Assembly (NCBI GenBank): GCA_044892525.1
Contig: CM097885.1
Location: forward strand, 43,836,001-43,900,000
DNA: 64,000 nucleotides
Origin: Schmidtea polychroa
Lineage: Eukaryota
Direction of reading: 5' to 3'
A program made the translations under genes and the position numbers. A model generated the notes under the pieces. The model was not told where the DNA came from, searched no databases, and saw only the letters and a list, made by a program, of their open reading frames with translations. This document shows positions 1 through 14,260 of the stretch, in pieces. Within the stretch, counting starts at the first letter, position 1; each line of letters starts with the position of its first letter.

Positions 1-160
1 TAATTTTATTTGACCTGAGCGAATAATTGACAAGGACTACTATATAGTTGAAAATTAAATATATTATTCGCAGCAAAGGCTTAAATTATCATTTAATTGT
101 TTAAAAATTTAATTAATGCTGCTACCAAGAAATCATCAGTTTTTATTATAATTTTTATTT

Positions 161-224
<64 letters not shown>

Positions 225-1581
225 TATTACTTTTACTTTATATATAATAATTATAATAAAAAATAGGTTTTAGGACGTCAATTTTTGATAACTATAAAAC
301 CAACGTTGGACACAAACAATTTATGGACAGAAGAATTAGAAAAAGCCTGGACACTAATTGTAATATTTATTTGTCAAAAAATGACAGAAGGAATTCGCAC
401 GAATAAGCAGTTAAATAATTGATCACATTCTCAGATCAAAATTGTTTAAAACAGATTTATTTATGACTATGGAAATTTATTTTTTGGAAATCTTTTGTGG
501 TTTTATGGTTTTTCTTTTTTTTTAAATAAATAAAGTAAGTGTATTCCACAAAAAACGGACTGAAAATTGATTATTGTTTAAATTTTCATTTTTATACTCA
601 TGTATAAATTGTATTTCTACTTGCCACTATATCTTATAGATTTACTCACATTTTCACATTATTGGAATGTGCAAAATTATTATTTCTTATCGATTTTTCA
701 TGATTCTTCTCTAATAAATATTCGTCAGGTATTTTTTATTTTCTGTAATTCAAATAAAATTCAAAACATTGAAACAATTATAATATTCATCTTTTTTAAT
801 TCAATTTTTTTCAAAATGTTTGTAAGACAATAGATCAATATAAGGTACATGATATTTCGGCACAGCCTTTATCAAGCGTTCATTTCAGAATATTTTTCCA
901 AAACAAATTAGAGAATCTCTAAAAGTGATTTTTTCATACGATTTGGATACTGATTGAATATTGTGTAGGAAAGGTTTTGGTCAACCTAATATATAAAGTG
1001 ATTATTCCAGTTCCTTATAAAATGTTTCAGAATGTTATAATAAAATTCTAAGAAAATGGTTATTATTGTATGATATTCCAAGAGATGGTGATTATAAGTA
1101 TATAAATCATAGAAAAGATTGTTATAAGTTTCTTATCAATACATTTTTCGTAATGAAAAATTAACATTTCTCAAAAAACTTTCAGTTTATTGTAATAAAT
1201 TATATATCTTCTACTAATTTAACAATTTTTAAGAATTATATAGGCCATTCCTATTTTTCTTCCAATAGTTGTCTCTCCTTTGTCAAATTGTCATTTATTT
1301 ACCATATATAGTATGATGATGATGTAATAGAAATGGATTTCCATGCGTTATTTCACGAAAGTGATGATGAAGAGCAAGACTTTGAAGCCATTTAATGAAT
1401 TTTCTTCGGTTGTAAAATTTAAAAACTAAACGCTATCATAAATTGTATAATAAATTATTTTTAGATTTGAGATTATATTACATTACGAATTTTCTTTGCA
1501 CGTTATGATTTCGTTATCCTTTATGACGCTCGTTACTAAACATCGACAGTAAATATATTCTTTAAAAAAAGTTTTGAGGTC

Positions 1582-2647
1582 TGTAAATTAAAATAAATTT
1601 AAATGAAATTTAGGTTGAAAATTTAAATAAAAAGTAAGTGAAAGAAAAAGACAAATAAAAGCTTGATCATGCACAGAATTGATAGTAAAGGAAAGTATGG
1701 TGGAAGCAGTATAAGGAAATGGCAAAAGCAGTTGCGCAAAGCAAGAATCCGGAAATCCGAGAAAAATCAATAAATTTTAAAATCATCGAAATCGAATTGG
1801 GAAAACGGGACAGGTATAGATTAGCTAATGGTCAACAAGATGATGATTAGGGATTTATCAGAAAATGGTTAGAAAGAGTCGAAAAGCATTCAAAGGTGTT
1901 AAAACAGAAAACATTAATTAATTAATTAATTGGCCAATAGAAAACCCGAGCTAATAGGAAACCCGAGCCAATGGAGAACCCGAGAGATGAAGGAAACCCG
2001 AGGTGGATAAACAAAGAGAAAAGTAAATAGAAGGAAGATTTGGGCCATTTATCGTGACACAATGATTAATGGGAAAAGACCAAGGAGAAGATAGTACGTG
2101 CAGAAAGGCCGGACGGGCTATTAATTATCTTTATTCGTTGGACCATTATGGGTGACAGCCAAAGCAGATATGTGGAGTCGAATATCAAGTGAGAGATTGG
2201 CTCGGCAATAACCATTTATCATCCCGATTTCGAAAAATATATAAAGAATGAGAAAATCAGAGCAAATCGGCATTTTGCCTCAGTTAGAGTAAGAAGAAAC
2301 GAGAATTGGCGAAAGGTAAAAACGAATTAAAGAGATTAGGGAAAAAAGAAGATATAGAATAGGAATACGAAAAGGTGAAAAAGGATCAAATCAAATAGAA
2401 AAAGGAAAACGTTAGTCAAGAGAACCGAAGGAAATAAAAGGTGAATATTATCTTTTGTCAAAGCATCAACACCGAGCGGAGAATCGATCAAACTTGAACT
2501 TTGATTATTAATTGTTTATTATTGTGATAAAAGAATATATTTTTGATTCAAATATACGTTGGGTAGTTTATTGTGTTGATTAAAAAGACACGAGGAGTCA
2601 GAGGATACCGACTTAAATTACCTAAAACCCAACGAAAACTATAAACA
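1582..2647 (+). mobile_element. possible solo LTR / LTR-like purine-rich segment
   Basis: Purine-rich non-coding block with higher GC than its flanks, TG...CA ends and short internal repeats (aaacccgag x4). No TSD confirmed. Confidence 0.3.
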
Positions 2648-3368
2648 ACTTTAAAAATTGATTTTTTAGGATTGTAGTCAACATAAAACCAAAGTTTTCG
2701 TCTAATTGAAATTCAATCTAACTTGCATTTTAAGTGTCAGATTAAAGACATGATAAACACAATATTTACGTTAGGCGTGAATGGGCTTATACGCGATGAC
2801 ATACTGTACTTTTATCGCTCAAATCGTTTCCCAGAAGAAAGGTTTGAAGACAAAATTTAGTTATTTGAAGTATTTTTCAGGCATTGTCAGTATCGTTCTA
2901 AAATTATAATTATAGCTGATGTGTTTTCATCACTTAAGAGTTTACTTGATTATAACTAGATTATAACAGTTCAACGGTTTTGGTAAGGCTTCGTAGTTTT
3001 ATTTTTATATTTTGTTTTCCTTGTCATATTATGGTGTTTTATTCATTTTTTACTCTTAGTAACTTATATCCAAACGACTCACATGTCAATACATATCAAT
3101 TAATGCTTATTGCACCCACCTTCAAAGCTTTCATATATTCTATCGGCTTTAAGCCGAGAAAAAAGAGTTTCAGTATATAAAGTTACTCTTTCTTTAATTT
3201 AATTTAACATTAACTTTAGCTTTGCATTCATAAGTACCTTTTAAAAAATTAACAAGACGTCCAAATCTCCGTTTGTCATTATTATCAATCTTTTGACAAT
3301 TAACAAAATGTCATTTTATACAATAAATTTATTTTAGAAAATATTTATTATTTTGAATTGTAGAAATA

Positions 3369-3424
<56 letters not shown>

Positions 3425-5749
3425 TATACAATTATATAAATAGGTAAAATTTTATTTTATTGTCTTTTTGACATAAAACTTTCCTAGACAGTAATTATAA
3501 CTTGCATGCTAAATTATTTAGGAATTCATAAATAATGAAAATATAAATGTCACAATAACAAAAATAAAATTAAAAATAACTGGCTAATTTATCTAAAAAC
3601 AAAATAAGAGTGAAAAGTGCTTAAAGTTATTTATTTTCTAAATTAAAATAAATTTTGAGAAGTGAAATTTTCCGAAACGTCAACCGTAAAATCAGATGAA
3701 AAATTTGATTTATGTTTTCAACGCATGAAAAAGTAAGTTTTATTCTAGTTAAAATATTTAATTTTTATCAAAAGTTTTCGTGAAAAGATATTATGATAAT
3801 CAAAAAATAAATAAATATTTATTAATTAGTGCTTGATTAATTAATTTTATTGTCTCCACATTTTCTTTGACTCCAAAACATTTATTAAATTTTTTGTTTT
3901 TTGTATAGTTTAAAATGAAAAATATAAGCGTTTAAAACTAATTTTTAAAATTACTTAAGAAAAATATTTATTATATTTCTCGTTACGTAAGGTAGGTTGT
4001 AGTTTAAATAATACTCATTTAAACAATTATTAATGAATTAATGAGCTGAAAGGTTTTTAAAAATGTTATTTATTCACAAATTTTTTCCTGTCTTTCATTG
4101 AAATTTAATTTTGTCAGTCTTATTCTGCCCCTTTAATTTTCTCAATCTGCATAATGGATTGTAGGTGGCAATCATAGTGGTTCAATTTAGCCCACAACAT
4201 ATTTCTGATCTCCTATTTCCAACTGTATAGGTATCAATTATAGTTTTTTTCTGTTAGAATATTTCGTTTTTCTTTTAGTTAGGCTCATTATGAATAATGT
4301 TAGTATATTATAAATATTATAAATATTAAATAAATTCATATAAATCTTTTGATAATGTAATAAAAATATAATAAAAGATATTTTGAAAGAAATTTGAAAC
4401 TGTCAATAAAAATGTAAACATTGCCTCTTTCAGTTTGAGATAAAGGAAGAATCCATGAGATCCATGTACAGTAATGGCAACTTGTTTCTAGTTAATGTGG
4501 TCACATAATTGCTCAGGAGATACAGTTCTGTTTGAGATCTTGTTGTTTTCACAACAGGTGACATTTTCTATTGCAAATGAACATAAAATAAATATAAATT
4601 ATAATACAATATATTTAAAGAATTCTTTTTTAAATTCCTACATACCTATTTATCTTATAAAACTTTTTTCGATTTTCACCTCTGATTTCTTTTCAATTAA
4701 TATTGTATCTATCTGGCTAGTAGCAATCTCATTAATATCCAGGTATGGAATTATGAATTGAACTACAATAATTCTATGTTTTGTATATAATGATTGTAAA
4801 TTAATGGAAAATGTGCAAATTTACTTAGTAGATTGAACTGAATTCATAATTTGTCTTCTGAATTAATCTGGTATTAGTACTGTCTGAAAAATAAAAAGGT
4901 AGCTATGAACATCAGTAACTTCTCAATCATTTATTTACTCATAAATATTATTCAATTGTTCACATATTAAGAAGTCATAATTTTTATTTCATATATAGTT
5001 ACAACAAAAATTGGAGGCTAGGTAGATCCTCCCTATTTACTATAAAGATTAAAGTCTTAAAAACAGATTAAAAAATACGAATATAATGAAAAGTTTATTA
5101 AAAATAGGGACTCATTCATTTATATCTTACTGTTGTCATTTTATTTAGTTTTACTTATTGTAATAAAATTTTAAAGTTTATCAAAATTTATTATTATTAT
5201 AGTTATTATAATTACTTTCATAATTTTGCACATATACAATCAAAGCAACAAATAAATACTCACCCCTGCTGTCACAACACATTTGCTTTAAACGTAACTC
5301 TGTCAGGCACTGACAATCTATTTCCACATGCCCATTTTACGCAAGATATTTACCTAACAAACGCATACTCTTGTTTGCATGAATTAATGACATCTATAAT
5401 ATTTTAAAAATTAATAAACTTATATTATAAAAACACAAAACTTACCAATGTGTAAAATTTTAATGTTAACATTTAATATAAAAATTGAGAAAGTGATGAG
5501 AAAACTTTAACATACAAAAACAAAATAGAATATAAAATACATGTAAACTAGTGATTTCTCTATTTACTGACATAATACTACCTTATAATATAAAGACATA
5601 TATCTACATAAATTATAGAATTTTAATTTGGTTCGTTTTAATTTGAATTTAATTAATAAATGTATACAACTTACTGTGTTTTTTAAAGTTTTTTACACTA
5701 CGCTTCACTACAGTGAGAAATTTAAATCTTTCAAAGTGAGGTGCATTCT

Positions 5750-6668
5750 ATACCAGCTGTCAAAAAGACATTTGAAGTTGATGAATTTGCAAAAAAATAA
5801 CTATCATGTAAGCAGCGGTCTACCCAAAATCGAAAATCATGGCAAGTGGTCCACGAGAAAAAAAGACTTGAGAACAAAAGTTACATCGATTTGTAGAAAT
5901 AATTCATTGAATAATAACATTTAAAATTTTAATTTTTGAAGAAACAATGATAGATAAAAATTTAAAATTTAGTTCCAAAAATTCCACTGGACCTAATAAT
6001 GAGAAAAATCAGTATATGGCGGAGAAGAATTATTATTATAATATGTATTATTATAAATACCAAAAAGTTCATTTAAAAAGTCATTAGAAAAATCTAAAAT
6101 ATTATTTTTTAAATATTCACCAAGTCACTAAAAGGTGCTCATGTTGATAGTGTTTTGGGATACAAATGACATTATTCAGGCTGATTTTGCAGAAATTAGT
6201 GTTCAAATTAACAGATTTTACTATTCCAAACTTGCGCAAGAAACAAGGATGTTCCGAAAGAAAGTAGGATGTATGGACTCTATTACTTACACGATAACGC
6301 TAAAATTCAGTTTCAATCGGCACAATTGATATTTGTAAATTAGAGTGCTCCTTTATCCTCTCAACAGTTTGGATTTGGTTCAATTAGATTTCTAATTGTT
6401 TAATCACCTCAAGAAATTCCTGTGGGGCCAGCACTTGGCCACGAAAGATTATTCGGAAGATGTAGTAACGCAGTTTATGTGCGAAGTCTCAAAATCTTTT
6501 CAAATTGGCCTTTAAAACCTGGTTTTACTTTGGACAAAATGTGCCAATGCAAATAGAAATTAATTTGAGAAATAAACCCTAAATAACTTGCTTATTGTGA
6601 ATACGAAATAGATTTGCGTTCATTTATTATTTCTATACGAGCCTGACTACTTATTGGGCGAACCATTT
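5750..6668 (+). mobile_element. degenerate mariner (Tc1/mariner) transposase relic
   Basis: KVLMLIVFWD motif (~6132), HDNA (cacgataacgc ~6290) and a decayed PYSPDLAPxDF-like stretch (6350-6410). Many stops and frameshifts; ends approximate. Confidence 0.7.
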
Positions 6669-9600
6669 ATTTTCTAAATTTAGATTAATATGGTAATATT
6701 TTTATTTAATAGGTCATACGTCAATTGATATGACTGCTAAAATGAAGAAATGTTATATAAATCTTAAAATAGAAATTACTTCAGTTTTTGCGAAGTCAAA
6801 TCTGTGTGTGAGTCTAAATTAGGATGTAAATAAAGAGTCCAAAATAATATATTATGGTAATAGTGTACCTTGAGCAGTATGTCCAATCGGATATTTAAAT
6901 ATTTTTAGACACATTTTTCTAGTTGTTGTTTAAATGAAGTGATTTGTTTAATTTTTAGTAATTGCAAAAGAATGGTTAGGAATTTTTCTTCAACTTAAAA
7001 AGTCAAAAAAGTCTTTGATTTCTTCCCACATTGAATTTTATATTCTCAAGAATTTTTGATCGAATTTCTGTGTCAATTAGAAAATCACACTATTGTCATG
7101 GGTTTTGTTTGGCTCAATTTATTTGCACAGGATTTTAAGTTTACATAATGAAGGCCTAAGAATTTTTCTTCGATTAAAAAGTCTAAATGTGTTTCGATAA
7201 AAAAGCATATACTTCTTTCTGGTTAAAAAGCATAAAAATATATTCTTCGTTAAAAAGCCAAAAATTTATTTTCCAATAAAAAACACTTTGGTTACGCTAT
7301 ACCGAAAGTGATTTTTAGGTTCATTATAAAGTCAGGCTTTTATGTACAGATAAGTGTGGTCTCAGGACTTTTATGGTCGATTTGAACATGCTTTTATAGC
7401 CTAAGACTAAATCTTTGATTAAAAAACCTGAATTTAAATTCCAAATAAAAAAGACAAGTCACTAAATGTATGAATAAGGAAATTAAAATATAAGTAAATT
7501 TTTTTAAATAAGAATTTTTGGTCTCAAAAAATATTTAAAAAAACATGGTGAAAAAACATTTAATAAGATTTCAACGGAGAAATTTTTAAAATTGAAAGAT
7601 TTTGAATAAAGCATGAATAATGCACAAAGTCTAAATATCCAATAAAGTTGCTTTGAATGGTATAACAATTTAATAATTTACAATAAAGCATGGTGAGTTT
7701 GAATGGTGTACGATTAATTTGAATAGGTAATAAAGAAAATTAAAAGTTAAAATCAGTTGGGAGCTTTATTTATTGAAATTTTAAAATTAGACACCTATTT
7801 TTCTAATATAATCCTTATTGCGCTTCCTAATATTGATCAATGCCTTCGTTTTATAATATTCACAACCTGGAAGTCTCTTCAATGTTTGTGACATTACACC
7901 CATTACATGTAAATTGATAAACGAGATCAGTGAATTATAAATTTTGTAGCTTTTCACTTTTTTAAAATAATTTAATTAAGATTTTAATTTTAGAATAATT
8001 TAACAGGTCTTTAATTTAAATTGTAAATATTTTTTAACACCTTGAATAAAGATGAATGTAATTGATTTAATTCTAATAAAACCTTTAATATTCAAATGAA
8101 TTGTTAAAGAAGTGTTACTCGTGGTTAAATAATTAATAAACCTTTAGTGATTGATTGAACATAAATTAGCAGTAATTATATGATTCTCCAAATAAATGTA
8201 AAAATAATTCATTTTTAAATTAAAATAAAGAAATAAATTGTAAAAAAAAATAAATATTTAAATTATTCAAAACAATGGCAATAAATATCAATAAAGCTTA
8301 AATTTCTAATCATTAATAATCAAGTAAATATTCAACCTATTAAAAATTTTCATTCAAGTTTGTAATTAATTGAAATAATAGTTTAAATTTAATTAAATCA
8401 GTTAAATAAATATTCTTAAATTGAAAAGAATATATTAATGTGAATATTTTTTTCCTTGATGTGAATTAATATTAATGAAAATAATTTCTTATTTGTAAAT
8501 TTACATGTATACTCAATATTTAATGTGTTCAACAAATGTACTAATACTGATTAATAACTAAATTTTAAAATTGAAAATAAATATTAAAATTAAAATTATA
8601 AATAAATCACTTCATTTAAACTAAAATTAAAATAGACCCTGTATATTGCCCAGTAAAAGACATAAAGAAATGAGAGTCGACTAACTAATGAGATTGTCGG
8701 AAACAAACAGTATTTTATGATGAAAAAAGATATATTTGATAAGCAAGATAAACAGATCTCTTTCCAGTAAAAGAATCCGCATAACTGTATCAAACGAGAA
8801 AATGTCAACCAAATAAATTCCTCATATAGTCGGTACTGAAAGATTATTTGCTATAAATTGAATAAACAACTTGGAGTGATTTCTTGTTTTAATAATCAAG
8901 AATCATTAGTAAAATATTATTATTTTAAACAAAATAATGCATCTATTCAAATTTCAATTCGTTACTTTGATGAAACAATATTTTCAAATAAATCATATTT
9001 TTCCCCCAATTTAATCATTTAAAAATTTGTTTTGAAATGTCTGTCGTATTTCACTTATGATCTCTTATAATAACAAAATAGATCAAAATTATATAGTCAA
9101 ACTTATAGTCTATATAAGTGATCGACAATGTTTCTGATGTGAAAATCACTTTTTTTAAATATCTATTAATCAAAAAGGAAAGTGAGCGCAAAAATTAAAT
9201 CCAAATGAGTGGTTTAAAAATATATTTTTTATTATTATTTTATTTTATTTAAAATTAATTTTATTTAAACAAATCAAAAACTGGTAAAAATAAACAAAAC
9301 AAAAATAAACACAAATAAAATAATGAAAAAAAAACAAAAATAATTATACTTCATTAAAAATCACATTAAACAAGTAAAGTAAAAAAGAGCTTATTTTAAA
9401 ATTTATTTTTAAAACCTGTGGTTAATGTGATTTTTGTGTTTGCGTTGCCTCACTGTTTTTTAATTTTTGAGGGTATTGTGAAATTTTCGATTTTAAACAA
9501 CTTTTCAAACTAATATAAATCCAATATAATCCCCATAATGTTTTAAAATATTTCATTTTCATTTTGAAAGTCGCTGAAGAGATGTACTCCTTATTCAAAA

Positions 9601-11963
9601 ACCAAATTTTGAAATCTTTACCATATATAAATGGTTTTTTTATTTCTACCAATCTCTTCAGTAACATTATAACTAGCTGCTAAACTAGCGGCAAAACTAA
9701 CTTTAGGACAAATCAAGCGTGAATTGTGACTGAAACACGTCAAAAAAAACATGCAGACAGCAATAAGTTGATTTAAAGTAAAATACCAGGGAAAACATCA
9801 AGTAAAACGGAAAAAATGTTATAAAATATAAAATAATTATAAAATATAAATTATAGAAAAATAAGCTTCTTAAATGCTAAAAAATTAATAAAATATAAAA
9901 TTTTAGTAATAAATTAAATATAAAATAATCGGACATTGCCATTAAAAATGATAAAAATCAATTCAAAAAATAAATTGGTTTCAAAGAAAATATTTAATAT
10001 TAGGATATTAATACTAATTATGTGAAAAGTATGTTGAGTTTGAGTACAATGGAATATATTGATAAAAATAAACGGCAGAATATTAAAGACTTTTTTGTAT
10101 TAAAAAATTTAGCTAAGAAAGACATTAATATATGCGAGTTTGACAAGGGAAATGGTGTATATGTGAATAAGCTTAATGATGTTTTGAATGCTCTATAGTT
10201 TTCTATAGTTATTATATCTTACCTGATGATGACAGAAAAAGGTTGAAATATATTGTGAAACGAATGTTTGAGTGGTGCTTTATTATATTTTTTATAATCG
10301 TTCAGAATATAATAATAAATTTGTAAAAATTAATTTGGGCGTATTTTTGTATATTTTTTAATTTATATAATATTTCAATATATTTTACCATATTATTTAA
10401 AACTGCTAGAATGGTTATTGTCTCATTTGAAAAGATTTTAATTTTAAGTTATGAAAAAATTTTCATACACATTTTACAATAGATATTATGACAATTTAAT
10501 TTAATTATAAATAATAATTATTATTAAATTATAATTATCCAATAACAATAGATGAATGAATAATATTTATCAAAAACATTTTAATCGAATGTTATTTTAG
10601 GCCTTTTTTGAATTCAAATATAAAAAATATAAAATGAATTTATTTTTATTATTTATTTTATTACCTTAATCCAAATAAAGAACTATTTAAACAAAAAATA
10701 TATCAAATTTATTTGAAAAATGTAATCGTGACTGTAAAAATAAAATTCTAAATAAACGTGATGTGTTTTCATGTATTTTTTCAATGCATTCAATTTGCAT
10801 ATTTTTGCAGAATTCAGTTGAACTGCTATTTCCATCACTATATTACAGAATAAATAGTTGACGAAATGTCATTATTTCACACATGAAAAGAGAACAACAT
10901 TATGACTAATCAGCACATTTAATTGTATTTTAATTGTACATCACTTGGGTTCCAATTTTACTAAATATTGCTTGATATTTGAAATCGAATAATTCATTTT
11001 TGGCACATAATAAGTGAAGAATCCAAAAGGAATGTCTCAATAGTATTATTTGATGCCTTCAGACTATCAGTGTCATGTTTAAAATATAAATTCTTCAGAA
11101 GGTAACGTATTCAATTCAGAGTACACTTACGTCATATGTAGTTCTAATGTTTGTTACTTCAATCGACATAGGAAAGTCAAGCAAGCATTAAAGTCATTAA
11201 AACACTAACATAATAAAACAATTAAAATAAAAGAAATTTAAATTGAAAATAGAGATATAAGGAAAAAATAAGAGATAATATTAATACAAAATACACTAAT
11301 TCGTTTTAAACATTCAGTTTGATAAATCAAAATGTAATGATAGATTAATTAAGTCTTATTTTGAAATTGAGGCTAGTAAATATATTTATTAAAAAATAAA
11401 AGATTAAATAAATGGGTGAATTATAACGTTTTTATTTCAAAGATTCATATTAAGTAAAACGAAACTTTATGGCTGGCTGAGATTATTATTTTTTATTAGT
11501 ATAATTTATTAGTAATGGAAGATCACCTAATTGATAATGTGAGATGTAAAATTTTAAAATATTAAATTTCAAAAATATTTAAAAAAGATAAAAATATTAT
11601 AAATTTAAAATAAAAATTAATGGAAAATAATATAAAATCATAAAAAATGAATTTAGAAATCTATTTAATTTTTTCATAAATAATAAAATATAGTTTAATA
11701 TTTAAAATAATAATAATTAATTAATATTAATAATTAATAATTAAACAAAATCAAGTTTCAGAACCTTCAGAATGACCCTAATCATTTCAAGATTTTTGAT
11801 TAACAACACTATGACTATAATTAATGTTCGTTATAAAGTTTTAACTAAAAAGCTCTTTTTATTGAAGTTGGTAAATGGGCTAGATGGCGTTGAGCATTTT
11901 GTCCTAAGAAATTAATATCTAGTCAAAATTTTAATAAAGTCAGTACTGTGTAACCGGTTTTAA

Positions 11964-12441
11964 TAGGTTTGCCAACTCTCCCGTTTTTGCCGGGAGTCTC
12001 CAGGAATCGGCCTTTGCCTTCCGTCTCCCGGTTAACTATGACCCGGGAGATGCAAATCTCCCGTCTTTCCGTTTTTACAATATTTTACAATTTTTCAAGA
12101 AAAAAGTGCAGTTTTTGAAGTTTTAACCTTTATTTGATTTCTCTAAAATAATGATAGTCAAGATTTATTTTTGCTCACAGCCACCGGAAGTTTCAGTTGT
12201 TTGTTCGCGGTGAGCGATTTTATGATTTTCTTCTGTCAGGTTTTTTTCACTTTTAAAATGTAAAAAATGTAATATGTAAAAATAATTGTTTTGTTTAAAT
12301 CTTTATGGTATTAGTCATCATATAGTTAAAATAACTAACATGTGTAAACCAAAATAGTGAAAAAACACCTGTTATATTATTTCTTGAGCGTTATTCTGTT
12401 CGAAATTTTATGATCTCCCGGGTTCGAGGTAGGCAACCCTA
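11964..12441. mobile_element. hAT-type MITE (478 bp)
   Basis: TIRs TAGGTTTGCC.../...GGCAACCCTA and an 8-bp TSD GGTTTTAA at 11956-11963 and 12442-12449. Confidence 0.9.
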
Positions 12442-13339
12442 GGTTTTAAAAACACTTTATTTTGGTGACTGAAATAATTTAGCCTTTGTAATAATTTATT
12501 ATATGGCATTTTGCAAAAACTCAAGAAAAATGACTTGGAAAAATTCTTCAAAGTGGTTTCTTAATTATGGTTTAAGAAATTAAAAATTAAATTATTTCAA
12601 AGGATAGATTATTTCTACACCTCCTTTATTTAAATGGATTAATTTCACAATCATTTCATCTTAAAATGAAAATATTCATGCGAAAAAGAGAAAACGTTTC
12701 GTATTGTCACAAGAAATATAGAAATAGCTTCTAAAGTAAAGCACATTTTTCAGTTTTATCACAATACTTTGATATTTGCTTTAACTTACTTGTTTTAAAG
12801 GATGTTGAGTTTATAAAACCTTCTGAAAGGTTAAAACTTTAATCTGGCTTCACGAAATTTTATAATTAATAATAAAATTTCTGATTTCCATATTTTAAAA
12901 TTGTGTTTCAAAGTGCAAAATAGATGATAATCTGATGGAGCTATGTAAAGGTGAATACTTAAAATGTGGTAACACTTTCTAGTCCAGCTGCATGATTTTC
13001 TCCTTAGCCGTTCTAGACATTTTGGGTCTTGTATTATTGTTATATGGATTAAATTAATATTTAATTCATATATTATACTTAAATAAACACGGTAAAGATT
13101 TTATTAATAAACATATATAGTTATTCATCCGTTGTGAATGTAGGTAACCTGATGATGATAGTGATGCTATCGAAATATATAGTGAAAAAAATGTACGAAT
13201 GGCGATCATATATTATAATTTAAAAGATTTTTTGTGGAGAATTAAATTAACATAATTTTAAATTGTTACAATAATACTTATTTTTTGGAATATATATTTT
13301 TGGACTATTTCTTATTTTATAATTTTATATAAATATAAC

Positions 13340-14260
13340 ATGGCGTCGTGAGGAGTATGACGTGTTGATTTTTGGAAGAACGATGGAAGAGCATAATGAA
13401 TGACTTGATAAAGTGTTAGGTCGCATCAGAGAATCTGGACTTAAATTATCTACAATAAGTGTATATTTTTAATGACAGAGGTTAGCTATCTAGGGCATAT
13501 TTTAAATAAGGAAGGTGATGCATCATATAATAGCATTGGAGCTATTTTGTCACAGATACAAGAAGGCGAGGAAGGAGTACTATGTTATGCCTCAAAAACT
13601 ATGAGTAAGTGTCAGAGACAAAATAACATAACAAGGAAAAAGCTACTAGCAATTTATACATATGTATTAAAATGTAAGCATTATCTACTTGGATCCAAAT
13701 TTATAGTAAAGACTGATCACCAGAAATTGAAGCGGCTTTTGAATTGGGATAGCCCAAATATTTCTCAATATTGTGTTTGGAGAGCTGAATTAGAAATTTT
13801 TGATATGTTGGTCTGATATAGGAAAGGCAGCAAGCATGTTAATCCTGATGCAATGTCACGATTACCACCATGTGAACAATGTATTATCACTCATGGTGAC
13901 CCTAAAAACGGAAAAATGTCAAAATATTCAAGGATGAAGAGGTTGAGGAAAATGACCATGAACCTGAAAGGGCAATGAATCAAATAGTCAAGGAAGAAGA
14001 GGATTGTGGACAAGACAAAGATGCAGATATTCGGTTTAAAATTAAATTAAAATGGAGAAAGGGATTATTTCACAAGAAAATCCAAGTAATTTAAAGAATG
14101 GCAGTAAAGAAATAAAAGAATTGTGGGGTCTTAGAACACATTGAAGATTTCGAGGGATTTACTATATTTGTGCCAGGATGATAACTATTTATTGGTGAAA
14201 AGACAATTGGAGAGGTTAAAAATAAATTTTATTGGCCAGCAATGGATTGACTAATCCTGG
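13340..14260 (+). mobile_element. Ty3/Gypsy pol fragment (RT end, RNase H, start of integrase), internally deleted
   Basis: ORF 13472-13816 reads VSYLGH...DASYNSIGAILSQ...YASK...KTDHQ...W.AEL..FD. Flanks are in broken frames. Confidence 0.85.
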
